A stretch of 37,410 nucleotides of DNA from a bacterium (GTDB taxonomy: Bacteria; Patescibacteriota; Minisyncoccia; Portnoybacterales; JAGGTM01): NCBI GenBank assembly GCA_021163745.1, contig JAGGTM010000058.1, positions 1-37,410 of the forward strand. Direction: 5' to 3'. A program made the position numbers and the translations under genes. Under the pieces are notes generated by a model. The model saw only the letters and a program-made list of their open reading frames with translations, ran no database searches and was not told the origin of the DNA. Each line of letters opens with the position of its first letter. The first letter of the stretch is position 1. This document shows positions 16,109 to 24,380 of this stretch, piece after piece.

Positions 16109-17971
16109 ATGGAGTTATTTAAAGGCCTTAATCCACAACAAAAAAAAGCGGTAAGTATTACAGAAGGACCGCTTTTAATCATTGCTGGAGCAGGGTCGGG
16201 CAAAACCCTTTGCCTTACCTATCGCATTGCTTATTTGATTCGAAAAGGCGTTTTACCTCAAAATATTTTGGCGGTTACTTTTACCAATAAAGCGGCGGGA
16301 GAGATGAAAAAAAGGGTTGCAGATTTGATAAAAGACATAAATCATTATAAGAGGATTCCCGTCATAGGAACATTTCATTCTGTTTGTTGTCGAATTTTAA
16401 GAAAAGAGGCAAATAAGATTGGATATAGGAAAGATTTTATTATTTACGACGAACGAGATCAGATTTCCTTAATTAAAAGAATAATGAAAGATTTACATAT
16501 CAGCGATGAACAGTTTAAGCCAAACTCAGTCAAGTCTGCCATTTCTTATGCAAAAGATGAATTAATTGATAAAGATAACTATTTTAATCAAGCAACAGAA
16601 TATTTTACAAAAACCGTAGCAAAAATTTATTTGGAATATCAAAATAGATTAAAAGAGTTAAATGCGCTAGATTTTGATGATTTGATTTTTTATACAGTGG
16701 ATATCTTTGATAGACACCCGGATGTCCTGAAAAGATATCAAGATATGTGGCAATATATTTTGGTAGATGAATATCAAGATGTAAATACCGCTCAATATAC
16801 GCTAGTTAACCTATTGGCGAAGAGATATAGAAATTTGTGTGTAATAGGAGATCCCGATCAGTGTATTTATCAATGGAGGAATGCCGATTTTAGAAACATT
16901 TTGAATTTCGAAAGAGATTACCCGGAAGCAAAAGTCGTTGTTTTAGAGCAAAATTATAGGTCTACGCAGAATATTTTAGATGCTGGTCATTATATTATTA
17001 TAAAAAACACGAGAAGAAAGCCGAAAAAATTATGGACAGATAATCCACGAGGAGAAAGAATTTCCGTAATTCAGGTTCAGGATGAGAAGCAAGAAGGAGA
17101 GTTTATCGTTAATGAAATAAACTCTCTGCCATTTGAACTTAAAGATTTTGTGGTTTTGTACAGAACAAATGCACAATCTAGGGCAGTGGAAGAAGCGTTT
17201 TTAAAGGCAAATATTCCCTACAAAATAATCGGGGCAGTAAGATTTTACGAGAGAAGAGAGATAAAAGATATTTTGGCGTATTTAAAACTGATTGTCAATC
17301 CCTCTGATTGGGTATCTATGGAAAGAATTATAAATGTCCCTCCAAGGGGTATTGGAAAGATTACATTGGGAAAAATCAAAAACTTAGATGAAAAAGTTAA
17401 GGCGTATACACCATTTTTAAACTTTAATAAATTAATGGATAATTTAAGGGAGGCGAGCAAAAGGATGCCTGTGAGTAAATTGATGGAGTTTTTAATAGAG
17501 AAAATAAATTACAGAAATTATATAGACGATAAAACAGAAGAAGGAGAAAGAAGGTGGGAAAATATAAAGGAACTTTTTACTGTTGCCTTGAGGTATGATT
17601 CTATGACTCCGCCATTAGGGCTTTTGCGTTTTTTGGAGGAAGTTTCTATTATATCCTCCAACGATGAAGTGGAAACAGAGAAGAATTTGGTTAATTTAAT
17701 GACTTTGCATTGCGCCAAGGGCTTGGAGTTTCCGGTAGTATTTATTGTGGGCATGGAGGAAGGGATATTTCCTCATTCAAGAGCAATGTTAAGCCAAGAG
17801 GAAATGGAAGAAGAGAGAAGGTTGTGTTATGTGGGAATTACTAGAGCAAAGCAGAAATTATACATTGTATTTGCGAGAAAAAGAAATCTATACGGAAAAA
17901 CAGCCATAAATCCTCCCTCCAGATTTCTTCTTGATTTGCCGAAGAAATTGGTAGATTATCAAATATTATAA
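16109..17971 (+). CDS. uvrD: UvrD/PcrA-family SF1 DNA helicase (short form, 620 aa)
   Basis: Walker A AGAGSGKT. DEYQDVN (motif II). NYRST. LMTLHCAKGLEFPVVF. RRLCYVGITRAK. Confidence 0.9.
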   Translation: MELFKGLNPQQKKAVSITEGPLLIIAGAGSGKTLCLTYRIAYLIRKGVLPQNILAVTFTNKAAGEMKKRVADLIKDINHYKRIPVIGTFHSVCCRILRKEANKIGYRKDFIIYDERDQISLIKRIMKDLHISDEQFKPNSVKSAISYAKDELIDKDNYFNQATEYFTKTVAKIYLEYQNRLKELNALDFDDLIFYTVDIFDRHPDVLKRYQDMWQYILVDEYQDVNTAQYTLVNLLAKRYRNLCVIGDPDQCIYQWRNADFRNILNFERDYPEAKVVVLEQNYRSTQNILDAGHYIIIKNTRRKPKKLWTDNPRGERISVIQVQDEKQEGEFIVNEINSLPFELKDFVVLYRTNAQSRAVEEAFLKANIPYKIIGAVRFYERREIKDILAYLKLIVNPSDWVSMERIINVPPRGIGKITLGKIKNLDEKVKAYTPFLNFNKLMDNLREASKRMPVSKLMEFLIEKINYRNYIDDKTEEGERRWENIKELFTVALRYDSMTPPLGLLRFLEEVSIISSNDEVETEKNLVNLMTLHCAKGLEFPVVFIVGMEEGIFPHSRAMLSQEEMEEERRLCYVGITRAKQKLYIVFARKRNLYGKTAINPPSRFLLDLPKKLVDYQIL

Positions 17972-17973
17972 TT

Positions 17974-18906
17974 ATGATTATTCTTCTTTACGGTAAAGAC
18001 ACTTATAGATCTAGTCAAAAATTAAAAGAAATCATAAAAAAATACAGAGAAAGTGGCAAAACCGGTATTGATTTTGCGGTTTTTAATTTGCCTGATATAG
18101 ATAAGGTAAAATCAAAAATACAATCAATTTCTATGTTTGATGAAAAGAAATTGATTGTGTTAAAAGATATTTTTGAAAATAATGATTTCTTAAAAGAATT
18201 TTTTAAGTATGCGTCAGAATACAAACTCAAAGAAAAGAACAATGTTATTGTGGTAATTTACGAAAAAGATGATATAAAACTAAAACAAGAGATAAAAAAT
18301 CAGGTAAATATGTATCAACAATTTAATCCTTTATCCGAATTTTCTTTGGTTAGATGGATTATAAATGAAGTTCGCAAGAGAAATGGGGCTATTTCTGAAT
18401 TCTCTGCCCAAAAACTCGCCTATATTTTAGGAAATGACTTATGGAGGGTTTCTAATGAAATAGATAAACTTATTTCTTATAAAAATGGAGAAGTTATTAC
18501 AGAAAAAGATATTGATTCTTTAATATCAAGAAAAATTGAAGCAGATATTTTCAAAACAATTGATGCAATTGCGGTAAGAGACAGAAAAACTGCCGTAAGA
18601 TTAATTCACAACCATTTATTTCGCGGAGAGAAGGAAGTTTATTTATTATCTATGCTTACATTTCAGGTGAGAAATTTAATCAAAATAAAGGATTTACAAG
18701 AAAAAGGGGTTCCTTATTACAATTTACACAAGAGAACTAATCTTCACCCTTATGTGGTTAAAAAATTAACGGGATACTCGAATAAGTTTGATTTAAATGA
18801 ATTGAGATACATCTATAAAAAAATTTTAGAGACAGAAATAAAGATAAAAACGGGAAAAATAAACCCAAGAGTGGCTTTGGATTTGTTGATAAATACTATA
18901 ATTTAA
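17974..18906 (+). CDS. holA: DNA polymerase III delta subunit (clamp-loader component)
   Basis: Size (310 aa), N-terminal LLYGKDTYR pattern and helical C-terminal domain fit HolA. Assignment rests on overall pattern only. Confidence 0.65.
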   Translation: MIILLYGKDTYRSSQKLKEIIKKYRESGKTGIDFAVFNLPDIDKVKSKIQSISMFDEKKLIVLKDIFENNDFLKEFFKYASEYKLKEKNNVIVVIYEKDDIKLKQEIKNQVNMYQQFNPLSEFSLVRWIINEVRKRNGAISEFSAQKLAYILGNDLWRVSNEIDKLISYKNGEVITEKDIDSLISRKIEADIFKTIDAIAVRDRKTAVRLIHNHLFRGEKEVYLLSMLTFQVRNLIKIKDLQEKGVPYYNLHKRTNLHPYVVKKLTGYSNKFDLNELRYIYKKILETEIKIKTGKINPRVALDLLINTII

Positions 18907-18947
18907 GTGCAAAGTTCAAAGCGCAAAGCGCAAAGTGCAAAGCTAAA

Positions 18948-19041
18948 GCGTAAAGCTTAAAGCTATTTCAAAAATTATTCCAAATTATTCCAAAGTGCTC
19001 CAAATTATTCCAAATCAATATCAAAATCCAAAATTCAAAAT
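18948..19041 (+). repeat. 94-nt repeat block, copy 1 (matches 26722-26815)
   Basis: Manual ungapped alignment with 26722-26815 gives 87 of 94 identical positions, same orientation. Confidence 0.85.
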
Positions 19042-19194
19042 TAATTTTAGCGCAAAGCGCAAAAGTAATTAAGTCCTAAATTCAAAATCCTAAATTCTAA
19101 ACAAATCCAAATGGCCAAAATCCAAAACTCAAAACAAAGATTTAAAAAAATTAAAGTTTTGAATTTTGAACATTTGAATTTTGGTCATTGCCTG

Positions 19195-19259
19195 CCCGCC
19201 TAAGTTTTACCCGCCCGCCCAAATTTCGAAGAAATTTGGGCGGGTAAAATTTAGGCGGG
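19195..19259. repeat. Long nested GC-rich palindrome (stem of about 29 bp)
   Basis: CCCGCCTAAGTTTTACCCGCCCGCCCAAATTTC-gaa-GAAATTTGGGCGGGTAAAATTTAGGCGGG. The arms differ by a 4-nt GCCC duplication and one mismatch. Confidence 0.8.
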
Positions 19260-19331
19260 TAAAAATTTCGGATTTCGAATTTCGGATTTTTCTCTGTTTT
19301 ATTTAGATTTGACATTTGAGATAGGATTTGC

Positions 19332-19370
19332 CGCCCAGCCCTACCTTTGGAACAAAGGTAGGGCTGGGCG
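19332..19370. repeat. 18-bp perfect palindrome, homologous to 6720-6760
   Basis: CGCCCAGCCCTACCTTTG-gaa-CAAAGGTAGGGCTGGGCG. The island 1 copy differs at paired positions (CCTTTG/CAAAGG versus CTTTTG/CAAAAG), so the stem is preserved. Confidence 0.8.
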
Positions 19371-19514
19371 AGCCTCGCTCCTTTGGAGCGGGCCGCCCAG
19401 TTTTACTGGGCGAGCCTTGCTCCTTTGGAGCGGGACATTTGATATTTGAGATTTGACATTTGAATTTTTATTGGTTGCCTTTTGTGTTCCAATTAGTTTA
19501 TAATAAAATTATAT

Positions 19515-22487
19515 ATGAATCTTCCAAAAATAGAGCAAAAAATATTAAGATTTTGGCAAAGGGAAAAGATTTTTCAGAAAAGTTTAGAGAACAGAAAAAA
19601 ATGTTCTAGGTTTGTTTTTTACGAAGGACCTCCTTATGCTAATGGCAAACCAGGGATTCATCACTTATTAGCAAGAGCATTTAAAGATATTATTTTGAGA
19701 TATAAGACAATGAGAGGATTTTATGTAGAAAGAAAAGCAGGCTGGGATACGCATGGTCTTCCTACAGAAATGGAGGCGGAAAAGAAATTAGGAATAAGAA
19801 CAAAAAAAGATATAGAAAAAATCGGTATAGATAAATTTATAAAAACCTGCAGAGAGAGTGTATTTACCTATAAAAAAGAATGGGAGAATTTTACCAAAAG
19901 AATAGGTTATTGGATAGATTTAGAGAATTCTTATATTACCTGTTCTAATGAATATATTGAGTCAGTGTGGTGGATTTTAAAGCAAATTTGGGAAAGAGGT
20001 TTGTTGTATCAGGATTATAAGGTGGTACCATATTGTCCTCGCTGTGGAACTTCTTTGTCTTCTCATGAAGTTGCCCAAGGATACAAGAAAGTTGCCGAAC
20101 CAGCAATTTTTTTAAAGTTTAAGGTTAAAGATATCAAAGGTTTAGAAGCAGATATTGAGCAAAAGGATTTGAAAATTCCTACATATTTTTTGGTTTGGAC
20201 TACTACCCCTTGGACTCTTCCCGGAAATGTAGCATTAGCAGTTAATCCAAATTTTTCATATGTGATAATAAAACTCAGAACTGAAGATGAGGACGAGAAA
20301 TTAATATTGAATAAAGAAAGACTGGGAGTAATAGATCAGAAATACCAGATAATCAAAGAAATAAACGGGAGAGATTTACTAGGATTAAAATACGAACCTA
20401 TTTACAGGGCGTCTGGTGTTTTCGATAAAAGTATTTACAAAGTTATAGATGGGGATTTTGTTTCGTCTGACGAAGGAACAGGAATAGTCCATATTGCGCC
20501 TGCTTTTGGGGAGGAGGATATGAAAGTTATAAAAGCTCAGGATAGTCCTTTTCCGATTTTATTAACCGTAGATGGAAGCGGAAAAATGAGAACTCCAGGA
20601 TACAAATGGAATAACATGTTTGTAAAAGACGCTGATAATGAAATTATTGCTGATCTTAAGTATAGAAATTTACTCTATAAAAAAGAAATTTATCATCACG
20701 ACTATCCGTTTTGCTGGCGGTGCGATACTCCTTTGATTTATTATGCTAAAACATCTTGGTTTATTAAGATAACCTCGGTTAAGAAGCAATTGATTTCCAA
20801 CAACAAAAAGATTAACTGGATTCCCGATTATCTTAAATATGGAAGATTTGGAGAGTGGCTTAGGGATGTAAAAGATTGGAATTTGTCTAGAGAAAGATTT
20901 TGGGGCACCCCGCTTCCGGTTTGGCAGTGTCAAAAATGCAATAATATAATAGTAATTGACTCAATTAATGAACTAGAAGAGTTAAGTGATAAGAAAGTTA
21001 AAGATTTACATCGGCCATATATAGACAGAATTACTTTTCGGTGCAATAAATGTGGGGGAGCTATGAAAAGAGTAGATGAGGTGATAGATTGCTGGTTTGA
21101 TTCTGGAAGTATGCCATTTGCTCAAGCTCACTTTCCGTTTGCCTTCGCCCGAGCCCAAAGACCAAAATCCAAAGCTCAAAATTTAGAAAAATTAATTAAA
21201 AAACTTAATTTTCCAGCTGATTTCATTTGCGAAGGCATTGATCAGACCCGAGGGTGGTTCTATACTCTATTAGCAGTTTCTACTTTATTGGACCTAGGCC
21301 CATGCTATAAAAATGTAATTTCTCACGGCATTGTTTTAGACGCGAACGGCCAGAAAATGTCTAAATCCAGAGGCAATATAATAATACCGGAGGAGATAAT
21401 TGAAAAATATGGAGCAGATACAGCAAGGTTTTACTTTTATACTATAAATTCAGTGGGAGAGCCGAAAAGATTTGATTTCAAAGATATAGAGGACCTCTAT
21501 AGAAGGTTTTTTGCAACTTTATGGAATACATACATCTTTTTTTCAACCTATGCTGAGAAAGACATAAGCCCCAAGCCCAGAATCCAAAATTTATGTTTAT
21601 TGGACAAATGGATAATTTCGCGTTTGCATAATTTGAACTATAAAGTTATAAGAAATTTAGAGAAGTATGATGTAGTTTCTTCTGCAAGATTGATAAAAGA
21701 ATTTGTAGAAGAGTTATCTAACTGGTACGTACGACGTTCAAGAAGGAGGTTTCAGAAGCCGAATTCAAAGAAAGAAAAAAATCAAGCAAGTCAGATCTTG
21801 TATTATGTGCTTTTAAATTTAACTAAATTATTAGCTCCGTTTTGTCCATTTATTAGTGAGCAATTATACCGAGATTTAACCAAGATAATAAGTCGAAGCA
21901 GTTTTGCAACAATCGCGGAGCTTCGCCTCGCTATTCCGGAGTCCGTCCATCTTTGTGATTATCCTAAGCCAGATAAGAGATTAATAAATCCGAGACTGGA
22001 AAAGCAGATGCGAAAGGTGAGAGAAATTACGAAACAAGCATTAGCCCAAAGGGCTAAGACAGGAATTAAAGTGAGACAACCCTTAAATGAATTGAGAATT
22101 AAGAATCATGAATTAAGAAGAGAAAAAGAATTATTAGAATTAATCAAAGAAGAGGTTAATGTTAAAAAAGTAAGTTTTGGAAATGAACTAATGTTAGATA
22201 CTAAAATTACCCCAGAATTAAAAGAGGAGGGGATAGTAAGAGAAATAATAAGACAAATCCAGCAGATGAGAAAAGATGGAGGATTAAATCCAAGGCAGAA
22301 AATTTATCTTAGATATAGCGGAAGAGAGTTTATTTCAGGCATAATAGAAAAATGGAAAAAGTTTATTAAGCAAGAAACAAATATATTTAAATTAGAACAA
22401 GCATCCAAAAGAAGAGAAAGATTTTTAGCAGAAAAGGAATTTAGTATTGAGAAGGAAAATCTTTGGATAGGCATAAAAAAGCGTTGA
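19515..22487 (+). CDS. ileS: Isoleucine--tRNA ligase
   Basis: HIGH motif PPYANGKPGIHH. KMSKS present. FPADFICEGIDQTRGWFYTL. Zn-finger-like CPRCG and CNKCGG. 990 aa. Confidence 0.95.
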   Translation: MNLPKIEQKILRFWQREKIFQKSLENRKKCSRFVFYEGPPYANGKPGIHHLLARAFKDIILRYKTMRGFYVERKAGWDTHGLPTEMEAEKKLGIRTKKDIEKIGIDKFIKTCRESVFTYKKEWENFTKRIGYWIDLENSYITCSNEYIESVWWILKQIWERGLLYQDYKVVPYCPRCGTSLSSHEVAQGYKKVAEPAIFLKFKVKDIKGLEADIEQKDLKIPTYFLVWTTTPWTLPGNVALAVNPNFSYVIIKLRTEDEDEKLILNKERLGVIDQKYQIIKEINGRDLLGLKYEPIYRASGVFDKSIYKVIDGDFVSSDEGTGIVHIAPAFGEEDMKVIKAQDSPFPILLTVDGSGKMRTPGYKWNNMFVKDADNEIIADLKYRNLLYKKEIYHHDYPFCWRCDTPLIYYAKTSWFIKITSVKKQLISNNKKINWIPDYLKYGRFGEWLRDVKDWNLSRERFWGTPLPVWQCQKCNNIIVIDSINELEELSDKKVKDLHRPYIDRITFRCNKCGGAMKRVDEVIDCWFDSGSMPFAQAHFPFAFARAQRPKSKAQNLEKLIKKLNFPADFICEGIDQTRGWFYTLLAVSTLLDLGPCYKNVISHGIVLDANGQKMSKSRGNIIIPEEIIEKYGADTARFYFYTINSVGEPKRFDFKDIEDLYRRFFATLWNTYIFFSTYAEKDISPKPRIQNLCLLDKWIISRLHNLNYKVIRNLEKYDVVSSARLIKEFVEELSNWYVRRSRRRFQKPNSKKEKNQASQILYYVLLNLTKLLAPFCPFISEQLYRDLTKIISRSSFATIAELRLAIPESVHLCDYPKPDKRLINPRLEKQMRKVREITKQALAQRAKTGIKVRQPLNELRIKNHELRREKELLELIKEEVNVKKVSFGNELMLDTKITPELKEEGIVREIIRQIQQMRKDGGLNPRQKIYLRYSGREFISGIIEKWKKFIKQETNIFKLEQASKRRERFLAEKEFSIEKENLWIGIKKR

Positions 22488-22499
22488 AATTGACAAATA

Positions 22500-23489
22500 A
22501 TGAAAGCAAGGAAAACCATTGTTACTATCGGCGGTGGAACTGGTCAATTTACGGTCTTGTCCGGTTTAAAAGAATTTAGAAAAAAATTCAATTTTTCATT
22601 GAAAGCAATTGTTTCTATGGCTGATGATGGTGGCTCTACTGGACGCTTAAGAGATGAGCTGGGAGTTTTACCTCCTGGAGATATCAGGCAATGTTTGGTA
22701 GCTCTTTCGGAGTCCTCTCTCACAATGAGAAAACTTTTTAATTGGAGATTCAAAAGAGGAAGTTTAGCAGGTCATAGCTTAGGAAATTTATTTCTTTCGG
22801 CATTAGAAGGAATGACCGGAAGTTTAGAAAAAGCAATTGAAGAGATTAGTTCGGTTTTTAGGATTCAAGGAGAAGTAATTCCAGTAACTTTAGAAAAAAT
22901 TGATCTTGTTGCAGAATTAAATAATTCTCAGATAATTTACGGCGAACATAATATTAATACTTCTAAAAAAATTAAAAAAGTGGGAATTAAAAAACTTTGT
23001 CTTTCTCATCCTGCAAGAGTAAATCCAAAAGCAAAAGAGGCAATTGAAAAAGCAGATTTAATTGTTATTGGCCCAGGAAACCTTTATTGTTCTTTAATTC
23101 CAAATTTTTTAGTTAAAGGGATTGTTGAAAGTTTAGAGGAATCTCCGGCTAAAAAAATTTTAGTAGTTAATTTAATGAACAAAATTGGTCATACTGATGG
23201 TTTTTTTATTGATGATTATTTAAAAATAATTGAAAAATATACTTTTTCAAGAATGATTGATATTGTGATTTATAATCGAAAAAGACCGTCACCATTGCTT
23301 TTGGAAAAATACAAAAAAGAAGGCAAACCTCCAAAGTTTAGAAAAGTTAATGGAATTTCCGCTAAATTTTATGGATTTAATCTTCTTTCTGGGGAAATTT
23401 ATCAAAAAGATTCCGCAGATTCCATTGCAAGAAGCTTTGTCCGTCATGATCCAAAAAAGTTAGTCCAAGCAATTTTAAAATTTTTATAA
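22500..23489 (+). CDS. yvcK: YvcK/CofD-family protein (gluconeogenesis factor / UDP-sugar-binding family)
   Basis: N-terminal IGGGTG and MADDGGSTGRLRDELGVLPPGDIRQC motifs characteristic of YvcK/CofD. Confidence 0.85.
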   Translation: MKARKTIVTIGGGTGQFTVLSGLKEFRKKFNFSLKAIVSMADDGGSTGRLRDELGVLPPGDIRQCLVALSESSLTMRKLFNWRFKRGSLAGHSLGNLFLSALEGMTGSLEKAIEEISSVFRIQGEVIPVTLEKIDLVAELNNSQIIYGEHNINTSKKIKKVGIKKLCLSHPARVNPKAKEAIEKADLIVIGPGNLYCSLIPNFLVKGIVESLEESPAKKILVVNLMNKIGHTDGFFIDDYLKIIEKYTFSRMIDIVIYNRKRPSPLLLEKYKKEGKPPKFRKVNGISAKFYGFNLLSGEIYQKDSADSIARSFVRHDPKKLVQAILKFL

Positions 23490-23693
23490 TGATTTTTTGG
23501 GCTTTGGTAATTCCTTTTCTAAAAAATTGACTTTTTAATTTAGATAATGTTAACTTTTTGGAATTGAAAGATAAAAGGAGCTAATTACTAAAAAACTTAC
23601 TTTAGAGACAGAGATTTATATTAATCAGATGGCTCAAAGAAATTGATGATCAAAAAACTGAATTTTTACTTTATTTTAAAATTTGATATTATT

Positions 23694-23725
23694 AAATAGC
23701 ATATGCTATGACATATGCTATTTTT
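23694..23725. other. AT-rich palindrome / terminator-like hairpin with an embedded 14-bp perfect palindrome
   Basis: AAATAGCATATG-ctatga-CATATGCTATTT followed by TT. ATAGCATATGCTAT (23696-23709) is self-complementary. CATATGCTAT occurs twice. Confidence 0.5.
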
Positions 23726-23764
23726 AAGTTTTCCATCACACTTTTTAGTAAAAAATCTAAAATA

Positions 23765-23793
23765 TTGACAAATTATAAATAAGGGGATAGAAT
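23765..23793 (+). promoter_or_regulatory. Promoter candidate TTGACA-17-TAGAAT upstream of the KH-domain gene
   Basis: TTGACA at 23765-23770 and TAGAAT at 23788-23793. Confidence 0.5.
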
Positions 23794-23887
23794 AAACTAT
23801 AGAAAAGGTCGAATTGTCTGATTTAAATTGGAGAAGAATTTACCCGTGAATAATCTTATTTGCGGGAGAAATTCAGAGCAAACAGAT

Positions 23888-24235
23888 ATGGCTAAGTTAC
23901 CTGTTGACCAAGAATTTCTGGAGTTCACTGTTAAGGCAATTGTAGATCATCCGGATGATGTCGAAATTACCCGAACAGTGGACGAAATGGGAGTGTTGTT
24001 AAGCGTAAAGGTGAACCCCGAAGATATGGGAAAGTTAGTCGGAAGACAGGGTTCAACCGCAAGGGCTATTCGAACTTTATTGCGAGTAATTGGACTAAAG
24101 AACCGTGCTCGCATTAATTTCAAAATAGAGGAGCCCGAAGGAGGAAGAAAAAGAACTCCAGAAACAAGCTCTACTGAATCTGCATCATCTAATGATAAGG
24201 ATGTAGATAAAGTAGTAGACGAATTAAAGTTATAA
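23888..24235 (+). CDS. KH-domain RNA-binding protein (YlqC/UPF0109-like) with a Ser/Asp-rich C-terminal extension
   Basis: FLEFTVKAIVDHPDDVEI...GKLVGRQGSTARAIRTLL (GxxG KH motif). Homology starts at MAKLPV (ATG 23888), whereas the track start at 23828 is TTG. Lying upstream of trmD matches the common rpsP-KH-rimM-trmD neighbourhood. Confidence 0.8.
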   Translation: MAKLPVDQEFLEFTVKAIVDHPDDVEITRTVDEMGVLLSVKVNPEDMGKLVGRQGSTARAIRTLLRVIGLKNRARINFKIEEPEGGRKRTPETSSTESASSNDKDVDKVVDELKL

Positions 24236-24241
24236 TTTTAT

Positions 24242-24356
24242 CCCACACTACGGTCTAACCTCGCACTAGGACCATAAAGTCCTGATACAAGACAAACAGC
24301 CGTGGTGTAGGGTTTACGAGACGGAAAAGCCACGCTAAAATATTAGTGTGGTTTTT
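24242..24356 (+). promoter_or_regulatory. Structured spacer between the KH gene and trmD: gene-end hairpin family copy C plus a distal terminator-like alternative pairing
   Basis: 5' arm CCCACACTACGG (24242-24253). Proximal partner CCGTGGTGTAGGG (24300-24312). Distal partner TAGTGTGG (24344-24351) followed by TTTTTCTTTT. Inner hairpin AGGAC/GTCCT (24268-24283). The trmD ATG is at 24381, which leaves no room for its own promoter. Confidence 0.5.
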
Positions 24357-24380
24357 CTTTTCTGTACGCTTTCTAAATAT

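Larger units (their letters stand above)
18907..19514. repeat. Mosaic intergenic repeat island 2 (608 bp, no ORF): tandem heptads/decamers plus a chain of GC-rich palindromes
   Basis: GYGCAAA-type heptads 18907-18963. ATTATTCCAA-type decamers x4 at 18974-19013. A-rich heptads 19017-19137, mirrored by T-rich heptads 19156-19188. Palindromes at 19195-19259 and 19332-19370. ATTTCGG/ATTTCGA/ATTTCGG at 19265-19285. A 27-nt direct repeat at 19366-19392 and 19408-19434. ATTTGAT/ATTTGAG/ATTTGAC/ATTTGAA at 19437-19464. Confidence 0.8.

Noticed and set aside
18907-19514. CRISPR array
   Set aside because: Repeat units are only 7-10 nt or are single palindromes. There is no constant 25-40 nt repeat alternating with unique spacers, and there are no cas genes in the window.
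18907-19514. T-box leader regulating ileS
   Set aside because: I found no T-box-like conserved sequence (the AGGGTGGNACCGCG type) and no specifier-loop/antiterminator layout. The best promoter lies only about 10 nt from the ATG.
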